A DNA stretch of 64,000 nt from Kudoa neothunni (Eukaryota > Animalia > Cnidaria). The stretch spans positions 5,654,178 to 5,718,177 of the forward strand of contig OZ199838.1 in assembly GCA_964304625.1 (NCBI GenBank). The letters are read 5' to 3'. Position 1 is the first letter of the stretch; each line of letters opens with the position of its first letter. Shown in pieces: positions 1 through 14,123 of this stretch. The notes beneath the pieces are model-generated. The model saw only the letters and a program-made list of their open reading frames with translations. It made no database searches and had not been told where the DNA came from. The position numbers and the translations under genes are program-made.

Positions 1-1379
1 AAACCATTATCTTGTTATCAAGCGTTTTGTGAGTTAGTGTAGGTTTCGAATCATTCTCTAATGGATGCTAGGGAATATTTACTTTTGTGGAGCTCAGTCC
101 ATTATTCTGCCCGGAAAGATAAGATATTTCCGATGTCTATCTTCGGAAAGGAAACAAAATGTGTAATCATTACAAAACAATAAACCCATTCACAATTTGT
201 TTAATGATGATATAGTTTGATTTTATTTGAAAAAAATATAACCTAATGGGTTTTCATTTTTCTTTTTTATCAAGACTGGTTCGACTAAATGATTATTTTT
301 GTAACAATATGGGCACCACAACAACTCTTCGGCCCCAAAAAAAGGAGAAACGTTTATAGTTCATTACATAAATCCTGAATATAATGTGAGATACACTGAT
401 GCTCTTGTAATTGTGTTTTTGCAGGAGCAGTTGAACATAAATTTTGATTAAATTTTTTCTGGGATAAATCTGTTCCCTAATTTCTTCATGATCATCGAGA
501 TTTTATTAGCCGTTAGTAACTGGTTCATTTTTTGGTAAAAATGATCTTTATAATCTGAACTAAGGTTCTGATTCAAGGCGAAAACTTCCAAGCTATGCAT
601 AATTATTTGGTTTTATAGTCAGAAACATCGAATGACAATTAGAAAATATAGGCGGCTATTGCCGGCTTTGTAGACACATAAGGACATTCTTACAATTGTG
701 TCTGGATGCCTTTAACGTACATAAAGCTTTTTTAGTAAATTTTACGCATGATTAAATATAAAAGGTTTGATAAGTATGTATATTAAAAATATGTGCATCG
801 CCACAAGAAGAAATTAAAAAATAAAAATCAAACAATAATTCAATTGGACCAAAATAAATATGATTTTAATTACACCCAATACCTTGGTAAGTATGGCGCC
901 TTCTTAAGAATTTTTTGGCGTGTTGGAAATTGCTTTTTAGATTTTGTTGTGTAACCGAATGAGTTACATTTTTTATTCTTTATTGCAATTCGCTGGTTCT
1001 AGACTAGTGTCCAATTCCTCTCACATTATTTTTATTTGTGAAAATACCTCCTCTGAAATATTCTTGAGTTTACTCAAAAACTCTTGAAAAATTATGTGGT
1101 TGACATCACCAAATATTGCATCTTAACCTACCATCTTTAATTTGTTAACAGCGAGTATCGTGATGATGTTTCCCTCTGTTATTTTTCAACATTTGGCTAG
1201 GTGTTGTTTCGGCATGCGATCGTCCGTGGAGCTGTTCATAAAGAATTTAAAAACATTGTTGGCGAGAAACGAAACGTCGGAATCTAATTGTTGGAGGAAT
1301 TCCCCAATGGATAATAAGCAAAATTTACAAAGAAGTCAGCAGTTCTTACCACATACTGTGAGATCGGCTGTAACATAAC

Positions 1380-1910
1380 GCTGTTGTAAGCGAAATTTGG
1401 GAGAACTTTTAATGAGGGAGATTTTTTTAATAAATGCATTATTGATGGCTCTGAATCTTATGACGGTTCAGTGAAAAATTTTATTTCTTTCGTCTGATGT
1501 AAAAAGGTAACTTACAAAAAAGTAGAAAACTCTGCCTACTTCTCTTTGTTCTTGGATGAGTCAACTGATATTGGCTCAGCTACACAGTTATATGTTATTG
1601 CTCTTGATATTTCAGATTCGTTGAAGATTGCTGGGGAGCTAATTGGAATGGGTTCCATGAAATGTAAACCACTACAAACAGCGGTATTTTGGAAAGGATG
1701 TTCCAATTACGCAACGATGTTTCATTAAAATTTACACCATTTGTAAACGTAACAATAGATAATGCATCAGCCATGGTAGGTAAGACAAATGGACTTCTAG
1801 CTCTTTTATTGAAGCATCGAGGAAACCAACGGAAACAGTTTCTAAAGCTTCATTGTATTATTTATCCGTAATACTTTTGCAGTAAAGTGCTTGGGTTTCA
1901 GTCATTAATG
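1380..1910 (+). pseudogene. Degenerate hAT (Buster/GTF2IRD2-EPM2AIP1-like) transposase fragment
   Basis: Frameshifted pieces 'LFLDESTDIGSATQL', 'VTIDNASAMVGKTNGLLALL', 'LHCIIYP' match the hAT DESTD / DGAxAM / HCxxH motifs. The fragment is cut off by the next element at 1911. Confidence 0.8.
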
Positions 1911-2214
1911 CAATGTTTCCCAACCATTTTTTGCCTTGACCCCATATTTTTCCGAAAAAATATCTAGTGACTCACGTAAATATTGATAATTTTTAGTCGA
2001 ATTAAACGTTAGAAAATTTATTTTTTTAATAATGTTTATATTAAATATATATAAAAACCTTATAATCATTAAAATTACATACGTATTATACTAGTATTTT
2101 TACGCGAAAAACAATTCGGCTCTAATTTTGGGGGGAGTTTTTACATTTTAACGGCACCTTTTTAAATAATGCTATGAACCATCAAATTTTTCATGTTTAC
2201 TTTTTAATCATTAA

Positions 2215-3415
2215 CCTTCTAACGATATTGAGGTCGAATCGACCCTAAAATATAATTGAATAACGTATAACTTTTTTTCTCATAGTTCCTATTTTCTTGA
2301 ATTCAAGCTATTCCTTATAAATATATTCTTCTATGTAACTGGGGAAAATTGGATAATTTAGGTTTTTTTATGTTGTCAAAATTTGAAGGATACCCTCCAA
2401 CGATCATTTAGGTTAGATTCCATCCCAACTTTTTATTTCATCATTATGTACATAAATTTCATTAAATTTGTTACGCGAGATATTTAAAAAATCTACAGAC
2501 AGAATTCTAAGGAAAATCAAAATTAATCCTTGAACTAATCTTACGCAACCTAATCGAACATTGTTCGTGCACAATTTCGGCGATCGATTACATTAGATAA
2601 TATCAAATATTTTTTCCTTCAGTGTTAATTTAGTATCAGGATAACATCCATGAATTCTAAATTTAATTTTTTATTCCATTACGATTAGTCTTCTGGTAGT
2701 GAATATGAGGATGTTAAAACTGAGGATCTCTCAAGAAACTGATGACGACGATCTGGGTATATACGATAATTCATTTATTAGCACATATGAGTTAGTTTAG
2801 AATCTTACAAAAAGATCTACATCAATAATAAGTGCAGAAAATATTTTTTTGAATTCTCCGCCGCACTCAACAATCTATACGACGTTGAGAGTAGAATCAA
2901 TGCTTGATTGTTGTTATTTGTGGATTGTGCAATTGCCATTTTTTGCATCGATCAGTTAGTTAGACATTTCATTGAGTGTTTCAAAATTGAAAAAAATAAA
3001 CCACGAGAAATAATATATTACTTAGGAAGTCTTATGTTACGGATAAACACTGGAATGCGTTATTTTTTTACGTGCACAAAGTCATAAAGCTACCTTTGAT
3101 GTTTGTTTAAATTTCGGTAAAATTTCTCTAAAATTGTAATAACTAACACCATTAAATTAGTTTGTATAGATGAATCTCATTTCACAGTGTAGTCGCCGCT
3201 TCCGCAGTATGTAATACTAGCGATATGTAGCGAAGTTGTCTGAATCCGTACATTAACGGATTATCGAAGATTAATGGGTTAGTAAACTTTAATTTACTCA
3301 AAACTTCCTCGATAGATTTCTTACATACTTTATAAACCGAATTAAAATATTTTTTAGTAAAGTAAAATAAAATGAAAACGTGGGGTCGATTCGACCCCAA
3401 ATGATCGTTAGAGGA
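2215..3415. mobile_element. Non-autonomous piggyBac-type element (MITE), copy 1
   Basis: TTAA at 2211-2214 and 3416-3419. TIRs CCTTCTAACGAT / ATCGTTAGAGGA with GGTCGAATCGACCC hairpins. An inverted homologous copy lies at 30516-31876. Confidence 0.9.
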
Positions 3416-4719
3416 TTAACACTGGTTCCTCATATTTTAATTATTGGTTTTATGTTTCCAGTATTAATAATTTTTTCAGGAATCTAGCATTTTGTCCCCA
3501 AAGATGCAATAAATATAAACAAAGTTACAAGTTATTAGTATTTGTTAACTTTTTACCCCCACATTCAATTAAACAATCACGCAATATACTTTATTTATAC
3601 AAATTGGACAATTCCAAAAGTTCTATAAGAGATTAAACCCATTAATAATTCTATTTTGATTTATTATCAGCAAATTATGGGCGATTCGTCAATACGATCT
3701 TTCAACCTTTCGAATCGCCCAAAAAAATGAAAACTACATAAATTTTAATTTTGATTATAACTTGAAATAAATGCTAAGGGTGTCTTAACATCATTAAAGG
3801 AAAACCAAACAGCTATAAAATATCCTTATTGATAGTAACAAACAAATCAGTTATTGTTGTTGTAAGTATTAATGATAAATGAGCCTAAAAAATGTTTTTA
3901 TTACAATTTATAATATTTCTTGCGAAAACAAACAGCCAAAAGACAATAAAAAAATGTTCATTCTAATATTTTGACATATATAATAATCAAATGATGTTTT
4001 CACCTATCAAATTATCGGATATTTTATGAGTGGAAACTTTGGTTGATAAGATAGAATTAAAACTAACGAACTTCATATTTTGATAGATTTAAGTTGTCCA
4101 AAACCTAAATAATCATTAATTAATTTTTATTTTCATAAGGATTAACAATATAAACTTTTAGGTCTTACGGTACCAATCATGGTGATTTCAATAACTCAAT
4201 GGGAACCCTGGGGTTGATGATTTTGACCCAGGTTTTTAATTCATAGACTAAGTTTTGTTAAGGCCAACCGTAAATCGGAGCGCTTGGATATTTCCGGGCG
4301 GGTTCTTTTTGATTGTAATAATTCGCTTATTGCGCTAAAGCCGCATTCCATTAGATATGACGAGGGAAAGGGTAATAACAACTCTCTTGCCATTGATGAG
4401 AACTTTAGATAAGTTTTGTGCACTTCATCACTGAGCCATATATATTTTCCCTTAATTTGAATAGATTCTTTATCGAATCATCATTCTTCAAATACGAAGG
4501 CTCTTCTTAATATTGAATTTTGGCGTTAGATAGTTCAGCCATCGTAGATTAAGTTAACCGGGAAGGAAAAGAGATAGTTTGTAGATCTTTGAATCTTTCG
4601 TTAAACTCGTTTATTAATGAATTTAGGTGATCAATAATTATAATCAAAGACTGAGGGGTAACGTCACATTTAACCAGTAAAAATTACTGTAATTTAAATG
4701 AGATAAATTTTTTTGTACA

Positions 4720-6125
4720 AACTTCGCCAAACGTACCTTGTTGACTACGATGGTTTGGAATAACATAGAAAAAATAATTGTTTATGAAAAACTAGAATAA
4801 GTAAATGAAATAAATGATCTAATCTATACACTAATTATACAGTTTTGCCAAAGTTTTAACATAGAATAATCCATAATAGCGCGTATAATTTTCGCACGCC
4901 ACCTTTATTTGTTCCATTTTCTCATTTGTTTTATTCTTAGTAGAACTTTTTAATGGATTGACCATTAAAAATTCTATTTCTTGCTCGTTAACGCTTTGGC
5001 ATTCTTGCACCTTTTCTACAAAATTATTCAGTCCGAATGTGACTGCTCAAACAAGGCTTTAAAACGCTTATGGAAGTTTTCCGCATTGTTCGAGGTTAGT
5101 GGTAAATTTTCCATGATTCATTTGTAGGAGTTCTGAGCCGGTATAGGATACTTACCACCATATAGGAAATTTTTGTCGAAATAATATTGAAATGGCTCTA
5201 ATGATACATCAGTTATTTCCATAGATTCTATCTTCAATTTTTCATATTCTGCTAGAACATTTTCCTCAGGAACGAATGTCAACGAAGTAATGGATTTTAT
5301 TAAAATTCTAAATTCAACATTATGTCTGTAAATATATGCGATACCAAATTTTTGTAATTTCCTCCAAACGCACTGCCCTAAATGAAAAGTACAAAAATAG
5401 ATGCAATTTTTGATGTTTTTTTAAAGGCATGAAAAGAGGAATATTCAAAATCAATAATTATATTAGATGGAATTTTTATATTAATTTGGTTGAGTAATGT
5501 GCTCATTAATATATTATAAGATCATAAATTCTTGGTTGCCATTAAAACAAAAATCAGAGGAAAAAATTTATCGAAGATTCTTCCACTAGGGGTGTAGAAC
5601 TGTAAAAAATCTCTCGGGGAGACATCAATAGTTCCATCTGCTATCATTATAGCGGAATTATTTAAATGCTCAATGTTCTCCTTGGTTATAAAAATTACAT
5701 TTCGCCGAGAATCATTCGAGACAGAGTTATAAAAGCAGAATTTTCCACCTCACAATGTATTTATCTGATTTTCACAAAAATTTAAAATATTGGATATTGT
5801 AACATTCCCCCTTTTTCTTCCGTTTTGTATATTTTTATAAATATTTCTTTTGTTAATTATTGACAAATTATTTATAATCTAACTTACTGTAGCCAAGATA
5901 AAAACTTTACGAGTAGAATATTGTGTTGATTACGCAATTTCCTTAATTTTAAAATTTGGTTGAACATTATCAATATCCGTTTCTGACATAACGTGATTAT
6001 GTAATATTGATTCTTGAACAAACGTTATATCATCTGAATTATTAGTTTTTGCTCGCCCTTTACAGCTTCTAAATGCACATCTCCAGGGTTGTTTCTTAGA
6101 TGTTTATTTATCTTTTACATATACA
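4720..6125 (-). pseudogene. Mutator-like (MULE, FLYWCH-type) transposase relic inserted in the hAT element
   Basis: Minus-strand fragments WRCAFRSCKGRAKT (FLYWCH), DGTIDVSPRDFLQFYT..FPLIFVLM, FHLGQCVWRKLQKFG, LPLTSNNAENFH, with many stops and frameshifts. hAT-like coding sequence resumes on both sides. Confidence 0.8.
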
Positions 6126-7734
6126 AAATTTCGTCATGCCAAATTAAACGTTGTAACGAATCAAAAAATCATCGTTTTAGTTTCAATGAGAGTAATTTTT
6201 AGACTCTAAAGTTGCATATTCAGACATCGAAGCATATAAAATATATCCGCTAAATAGCTCACAAGTGCCTTACCTTCCGTTGTTGATAGCGGCTTCATCT
6301 CACTTTTATCAGCGAAGAATCAACTGAGACCATCAAATAACTCCATAAATCTTTTGAGGCAGCTCCCGCTAGATGACCACCTCACTTCTGTACGTAGAAA
6401 TAGCCTTACATACTCGGCATTTTATTCCAAACAAAATTGCTTAAATAAGCGTTCAGCCTTTGGATTTTCCTGGGTCGTATTAACACACAATTACAACTCT
6501 CAAAATTTGATTTAGTTTAATCGAGAATTTCTTCCCCACTAAATTTTCCCTGTGCATCACATAATGAATATTTAAAATATTTGGATTTTCATCTTTAACC
6601 ATTTTAAACATCCATTATTCTTACCCATCATGGCAGGTGCCCCGTCTGCTGCAACGGATACAATATTTTCAATTGGAATTTTATTTACATCCAAATAATT
6701 TTTGAGTTTGTTAAATATATCTTTCGAAGTTGTGGTTATTTCTAACAACTCACAAAACAGCATTTCTTCTTGGAAATCCTCATTATCAATGTATCTTACA
6801 TACGTCAGCAATAAAGTTTCACTACTGCGAACTGTAGATTCGTCTAACTGCTGTGAAAGTTTTTGCACTCTCAACTTATCTATTAATTGAAGTTCCACAT
6901 CTATTCCCATTTCGTCAATTCGTTTTGATACGGTATTATTGCTAAGAAGCATCAAATCAATATTACCACTGTCTTTTCCCAGCACAGTTTTTACGAGAAT
7001 CGAAATTGCTGGCTTAATCAATTTTTCGCCAATAGGATGATTTTTCCTGTTTTTGGAAATAAGAAACGATATTTCGTAGCTAGCTTGTAGTATACGAACA
7101 TGTAGAAGTTGTTTAGAAGTAAAGAATGATGAAAGTTTGTTTCGACCTTGAGATTTGTCGGCTAATGATTTAATCGATAGTGACAAATGCCTACCCTAGT
7201 ATCGATTCTAAAAATATTCTACAAGATTTTATAAAATCTTTTAATTCAATAAATAACAATAAAATTGGAATAATTAGAGTTTATAAATGCGTGAAAATTT
7301 TTTTTTACAAAGTAAAAAATTTGTCACGAAAGGGTTAAATAATGATCACATTTATCTAAATAGTTACTCGTATGTGGCGCATTACGGACGAAGAATTTTC
7401 GCGTTACGTCACATACATAGTTGAGTTTTTAAAGTGCCAAAAAATTTAAAGGAAAACTAATTATGTAAAATTTGTTGGCAGGTTAAGAATAATAATATTA
7501 AAAATTTACCGTATATCTTTATTATCTGATATATTCCTTTTCTTATTGGGAAAACTATTTACGAATAATAACGCAGAACCTGCCCTAAAACTAATCCAGA
7601 GCCCTCACTATACCATCAACCCATAAATATTTTGAAATATAAAAATAATGAAACAACATATTTAATGAATAAAAAGTGAAACCTTTAGAAAGAACACTGT
7701 AAAGATATGTTGATTATATACCGCTAAAAGTTTG

Positions 7735-10037
7735 TTACTCAATTCCACTCTTTTTAAATGAGTTAAGCTCTTTGAAACTATTCTTCTGTATGCTTGTTAC
7801 ATTTTTTATCATAGATAGCAATGTTTTCTTAGAGGCCAAAACGTTGAGACTTGATCCGATACATGCAGCATAATTTCCCATAGTGATAGTACAATTAGAC
7901 GGGTGATAAAGATGAATGATGTGGGGGTCAGGAGCCCTAAACACTTCAAATGATGGAAGTAACACAAGTTTTTTGTAAAAATCTAAATCTTCATTGCCCC
8001 ATTGAAACCAATTTTGAACACCTCCTGCCCTAATATAATCAGTTCTGAAAATTGAGACAATTCCATAACCATAGGTTCTCCATATGCCGTTATTATAGTG
8101 TACGTATTTGGAAAAATCACTTTGAGAAATGTTGAGGAGTTTCCTATGATATCGAAACTGACTAAAAACTATAGGGAAGTATGCACGTTGACTTTCCAAG
8201 GTGTTCAAAATACAATTTCTAATGAAAAATCGATCGAAGCACATATCAACATCACATAAAATAAGATGAGAGGTTTGGGGCAGTTGTGAAATAGCCAAAT
8301 TGAATGCAAAACCCCTCGAAAAATGCACTCCTGCATATAGAAATCTGACTTTAACCAATGGATTTGCTACAAAATTCATGGACGCATAAACGTCAACACT
8401 TTTCTGATGGTCTCCAAAAATAACAAATATCAGGTTTATTGTGGCGATAGAATTTTTAATTGAGTTGACACATTTTAAAAACTGTTGAAATTCTTTCTTT
8501 CTTCCCTACAAAATTTAATTTATTAACTCAGAGACCAGAGATAAATACTTTTAGTGGAATTAGTATCGCGATATTATTTGGAATAGAAATAAGTTTCTGG
8601 CTCGATTGGACAAGATTCATCTTTTGAACGATTCCCAACCGAAAAGTAGGAGGCAAAGTAACATCACTCATATTCCAAGCATCGGTGAAATAATCAAACA
8701 AAATTATAAATCTTGAATTTAATTTCGTATTACACCTATTAACTTGAATTAATTCTCTAAATCTTATATTTTCTACCTTGTATGAGGTATTAAGGGTGAA
8801 GTTACCACAAGATAATTTTTATTAGAAAGTATTGAATTGGTTGTTTTGTAAAACAACCTTAAATGTTTATTTTTTTCAATTAATTTGTATATGAGAGAGC
8901 TTTTGGGGCGCTTTTGTTTGAGATTATTATTTATTTCATTAACTAAAAAATAGCTAAGGAAGAAATCCCGTGTTAACCAAATACTTTTTCCGACCAAAAA
9001 GTTAAAATCCTCTTTCAAGAGTGTATCCATTTCAAACTTGGCCATGAATAAATCCACAAGGTACATCTCGTCGTAATTTTTCAAGGGATGAATAGTGATA
9101 GCTTTTGCAAGAAGATGACGATACCCCCAGCTCATTTCCATCATGTTTTTGACTCCCAGTGATCTTAGATCAACAAATATATTTTTAAGCTATATTGAAA
9201 ATAAGCATTCATTTACAATTAAAAACCTACATCGTAAGAGTGAGTGCAACCAATTTTAGCATGTTTGAAGACACAACGTCCAATTTCGGTGTCTTCATGA
9301 TTAGACACCACGGTATTTAGGCAATCTTCAATGTGTGGCGCAATCAATGCCAATAATGATTTGCTGAAAAGTACTCCTGGACCTCCCATACAATAAGCTA
9401 AATTTGGCTTTAAACCAAGTTGATTTATTTCGGACATTCTTCCATAACCAGGTGATCCTAATAATCAAGCACAATTAAACTTGCGTTGATGTGACAAGTT
9501 TCTTGTCAGGTTCTCAAATCAATAGTTACCAAGATAGATTGGCTTTGAAGAGTCGATAAGTTCTACCAACAGTTGTAATCTTTTAGGGTTGACGTAGACG
9601 TCATCATCACAGCGAAAAACCCATTCGTAATTTCTCATTAAATTATCGTAGAAAAACTTAAGGATATGGAAACTCTTTCTTTGAGGGGGGTATTTTAGGT
9701 CGTCAACATCATTCAAAGTGACAAGATGATAGCGATCGGTGACGTTTGAATTATTTCCAACAAAATACCAAACATGCGATTTAATATCCTTGGCCCATGT
9801 TTGATTGATGATATGGTTTGAATTCGAAAATTTATGACCGTTGGTAATAATGGCGTAAAAAATCGAAGAACCCATTCCAGTTGGTTCTTTTGGCCGATAA
9901 ACCTTCTTCAACGTAGGCCAATGTAACTTCGATAGCAACCCATCAAAGATTCGAATCACAGTCAGTGACAAAACTAGGCCACAGAAAATACTGGTTAGCA
10001 GTTTTAAATAATGCCGAACGCACCTAATAAAAATCAT
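7735..10037 (-). CDS. CHSY1: Chondroitin sulfate synthase 1-like glycosyltransferase (5 exons, ~680 aa)
   Basis: N-terminal signal anchor; YPPQRKSF, FRCDDDVYV, YCMGGPGV, HEDTEIGRCV (beta3-GT domain); FSRG, CDVDM, YFPIVFSQF, GIWRTYGYG, WGNEDLD, IHLYH (GalNAc-T domain). GT-AG introns 9529-9458 and 9230-9190, plus two between ~8775 and ~8505, give a continuous frame. Confidence 0.9.
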
Positions 10038-10289
10038 AATTAAGGGGATTGGTATCTTAGTAGAGCAATTTATTTACACACATCGCAAATCCTGGAAAAC
10101 AAGTCGACGCTTAGATACGAACGTAGCCTATAAATACCAACTATCTTTGTTACAAGTATGGTTTAATTTCATTATTATGTGCCGAACGTTGCCATATAGC
10201 AGCGTCAGATTTTTAAGATAATTTCTCAATCAGTTTTATATGTACTACCTTTCAATGTATTGTGAAAGATTGAATAAATCATTTTTTTA

Positions 10290-13210
10290 TTAGCGTGTTT
10301 GCCTAATTTAAAGATGTATTCCAAACATAGAAAACTAACGAAATATGAAGAATCGAATTATTTTGGAGAGGATGTAAGGATAACTTGTATTTGACGATTC
10401 ATATCGATTAAACTAAATTTTTTCTTTTATCAATTCCGAAGTCAATATTAAAAACAATTAGTTTCTGGAGTTTATCTTTTTTTTCACCTAAAAAGGCCAT
10501 TCTACATGATCTGTCATAAGGAAATGTACAGACCTATAAATGATAACTGTTTCAAGGTTCTAAAAGTAGCCCTATAATGAACATATTGTTAGTGCTCATT
10601 GTGCTACAGATATCAAACCTTCGCTAAGTAATAATAGATTTGATTTAGTAATAATTCTTGATAAAATTTAATATAAATCAAAATTATTAGAATTTAAAAA
10701 AATCTATTCATTACTAACTTTACGAAACGTAACGTTAATAATTAAATAGAAAATACAATAAAGAAAAGCTTAAAGGAAAATATTGTCACCCTAATATTCA
10801 TGAAAGCACAAAACAAGGATAAATATTCGCGATAAAATTGGAAATTTTTTCCATAAGCACTATGAGCTGGATATTTGAAGGTAAATTGCCACTTTCTAAG
10901 TATTTCTGATATTTCTATTACCAGAGATAAAAAATTACATCTTGAGACAATGAGGAGCATTTCACCCAATGTAATTACTCCCTTTCCAAAAAATATTATA
11001 ATCCATAATGGCATGCTAGAATAGGGGTCACCAACGTTTTTAACTGGCCAACCAAATCTCTGATTTTCATAAGCTTCGACGATCGGATTGAAAGTAATCA
11101 CCATAATACATTAAAATGTTCTTTACTTTTCAAAACACACACAAACAAAAGTTATACGTAAATTAATTTTAATTCATTATAATAATACATGCATTAAATA
11201 TAAGATTTATCTGTGCATAAAAATAGAGAGCAATCTATCTGAAACCCATCTTAAAAAATTATCAATTCTCATTAGTTGTTAAAAATGACATATATGCATT
11301 TTTGGAGTAGAAAGCTAAATTCTTTCTTTACCAATCACGCGTATTAGGGCTCTTGATGAAGATGTCACCGAATGATTCATATGACAACTCCCAACTAAAG
11401 AGACTTCTGATTAAATATTTCTAAAACTTTTCAGTAAAACACCATATGTTTTTAAGCAATAAGAATTTAATACATTATTCTAGGAATGAAGGGATTAAAT
11501 TGTACTTTCAAAAAATCTTCTTTTAATAGTAAACCTATGTTCTTACGAGAAGAAAAATTAATTTTTATAGATTCTAATTCAAATATATTTGTTACAAATA
11601 GGGAATATGCATTTACGTGAAAAAGGTCATTCGGAAAACAGTGAACAACTACGATTAAGACCGACATTGTCGAAAACCCTTATTTGGTCAAACATTGATC
11701 CGGCTATTCCGTTTTCACAATACCGAAATCATTTATATTTATATTATAATATTTTTTTGAGGTTTATTTTATAGTTGTAAAGTCCTAGTAATGCTCACAT
11801 AAGATATTTCGACATTAGAATACGTATGCGGAAGATCTGCCAACAGACTTGCTCACTAAGTTAATTTCTGATGTTGTAGATAAAAATAAACTTTCACAAG
11901 ATGACATTATTTAAATTTTCCTTAGAAAGGTTGATTGAAAACTTCAGCAGAATATCGTTCATGACTCTAAGATGAATATTCCAAAATTCAGTTAGATATT
12001 TGGTTCCTTCTAGGTAGATCTTTCAAAATGTTAAAAAAATGAAGACAAATTATCATCTTTGAACTCGTTTCCTTCTTTAAATCTTTTTTGTACTCGTCTT
12101 CAACGAAGTTTGTTGATACAGAAGCAAATGAGTTTACAGACAAATATAAAAATTCAGTACTACTTTTATATTGACTACATAATCCAAGTTTTTGAAGTTT
12201 TCTGAAGAATATTTGGCCAGAATATAAGATGTAAAAATAAATGGTTAATTTTTCCGATTTTTGTTCAAAGCAGAATAAGCTGTCGTTTAAAATTGATGAA
12301 ATATATTTTGGACAAGATTATCACATTTTCCAAAACTATATTTGTGTCTTCGAGTAATCTCAAACGTTAGAAATTCTTTACACTATGATAATTTTTGTAA
12401 ATGTAATCTTTATAAAAAAACTATGTCATTACTTCTTGAGGTTTTCAAACGTTTATGTAAGAAGTATTTACAATAGCGCAGCGTTATTACATAGCGTGGT
12501 TATTGTATCCTTTAAGAAATAATGTCAAAAATTCAAAATATAAAAATTAACCATAGATATAAATCGTGAGATAAGAATAAAATATATCGATGAATATAAT
12601 TATAAAATTTAGAAATAATTTGTTTGTCGGGAAAAATAGGAGTGCATGCTTATTACGCACCTGAAATCTGTTGTTTGATTGCATTGGCATGGTCAATACG
12701 CAGTAAGAAGGTGGAAAAAATTATCGCTTATTTGAAGAAAACGTGTAGATTACTAAATAATTGGAAAAATTATGAACTAAGAGTGGTTCTAAAGTGAACA
12801 TCTTTAAGCGCTCCGGCCTTAAATCAGTCACCACATTGAAAACAATTGTGTCAACAGAGTCAAAAATATTTGCAGACTTTGTTTTAGGTGATTTGAGATT
12901 TTATCGCAAAACTCTTAAAAAATTAAAACTACTCGATATAAGAATGAAAGAATGGATCGAACTTTAAAGAACCAGAAATACAAAGCTGCCCAGAGAGTAC
13001 AATAAAATAGGAGAATAAATTAGCTAATGACACGAAGGACAACGCACCTATAACTGTCTGTCGCGGACAGTTCCAAGAGTTTGCTTCGAGAGTTGGCCTA
13101 CAAATGAACAAATTAAATAGAAAATCTAAAAGAAATAAAGATATTATTCAAGGCCCACGACGTCGAAATTCTGAATCACATTACAAAGTTAAATTTTTCC
13201 TTTTGTAAAA
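10290..13210 (+). CDS. Probable multi-exon gene of unknown function, head-to-head with CHSY1
   Basis: Several AG...GT-bounded open segments on + (CLPNLKMYSKHRKLTKYEESNYFGED at ~10295; VHAYYAPEICCLIALAWSIRSKK at ~12640; ENKLANDTKDNAPITVCRGQFQEF at ~13010) and no TE motifs. Full exon chain not resolved. Confidence 0.35.
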
Positions 13211-13426
13211 TAAAATAAGCTTCGTTTAAAACAATAGAAATGACAAATTTCTTGTTGAAAAAATAATTCTGTCTTAAGCTACCTTATTTATTTTCAAAAT
13301 ACTCTGTGAACAACACAACAATTTTTCCGAAAATTTTTCACATCTCTCTATTAAAGCTATTATTAGTGCAACAAGAGAATAAATAAAAAAAGTAGAAAAA
13401 GAGGTCGCGCAAAGCATGGATATTAA

Positions 13427-13674
13427 CCCTTAAAGGATAACCTTCAGTTCCATGCGCCCATCTTTATATTATTTTGTTTATAAATTTTGTTGTTATGCAT
13501 GTTATATTTTGTGTATATTCGTCAGAATTTCATCTACATTTTTAAAAAAGCATTATCTACCGACCGACATAATAAAATAAGTTAATGGTTTGGTGAAATT
13601 ACACAAATTATAACAGGTTTTACAAAAAATAATAGGGAGGTGGACGCGCGAATCCAATGGTTAGCCGTTAAGGG
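13427..13674. mobile_element. 248-bp TTAA-flanked piggyBac-type MITE
   Basis: TTAA-CCCTTAAAGGATAACC ... GGTTAGCCGTTAAGGG-TTAA (imperfect 16-bp TIR). Confidence 0.8.
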
Positions 13675-14006
13675 TTAAGTGGTGTAGGGCTATTACGCAC
13701 TCGAACTTTGGTCCTAAAAAGGTACGTAATATCCCTTCACAGATGTAGTCGAGCAATTTTCATTGTAATACGTGTGCATATTCTGGCGAAAATTTGCCAT
13801 GCCGTTAGAATATCCATATCCCGATAGTTATAGGAATAAGTGCGATGTGTTATCTGACTTTGGTCAACGTATAATTAATTAATTTATCAGAATACTTCAA
13901 ACCGATAATTTCCGATAATACTTAATTTAGATTCGACGTAACAACCCGTTTATGATACAATTAAGATATTTTTATTTCTGTATAAACAAGAGATCGCAAT
14001 ACACAA

Positions 14007-14123
14007 TGTAACGGTGGAGTTAGTTGCGCTGTCGATAGGAGAAGCCATGATAAAATATACTCGAAAAGTAATCTACCTAGATATCACTAATCTAAATCCG
14101 GTTGACGCGTGTCATACGTTACA
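14007..14123 (-). repeat. 3' LTR (117 bp)
   Basis: Direct repeat identical to 17801-17917, with TG...CA termini and a 7-bp terminal inverted repeat. Preceded on the minus strand by the PPT. Confidence 0.97.

Larger units (their letters stand above)
1911..7190 (-). mobile_element. Decayed hAT-Buster (ZBED5/SCAND3-like) DNA transposon, interrupted by two insertions
   Basis: ORF 6572-7186 (LSNNTVSKRIDEM, LDESTV, AADGAPAMMGK), an EVRW motif near 6390 and C-terminal ORF 4241-4423 (LLPFPSSYLMECGFS...SDLRL) ending ..HQPQGSH*. Charlie-type terminus CAATGTTTCCCAACC at 1911. 5' end not found. Confidence 0.8.

Noticed and set aside
1-900. Possible minus-strand exons at the window start
   Set aside because: Short open segments exist, but no consistent exon chain or motif could be established
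10742-11667. Minus-strand ORFs 10742-11104 and 11467-11667 as genes
   Set aside because: No motifs, and splice-signal patterns favour exons on the + strand
14048-14089. Continuous translation from pol stop to gag start around a 1-LTR circle or tandem array
   Set aside because: The TAG is followed immediately by TGA, and the 38-nt gap puts the ATG out of frame
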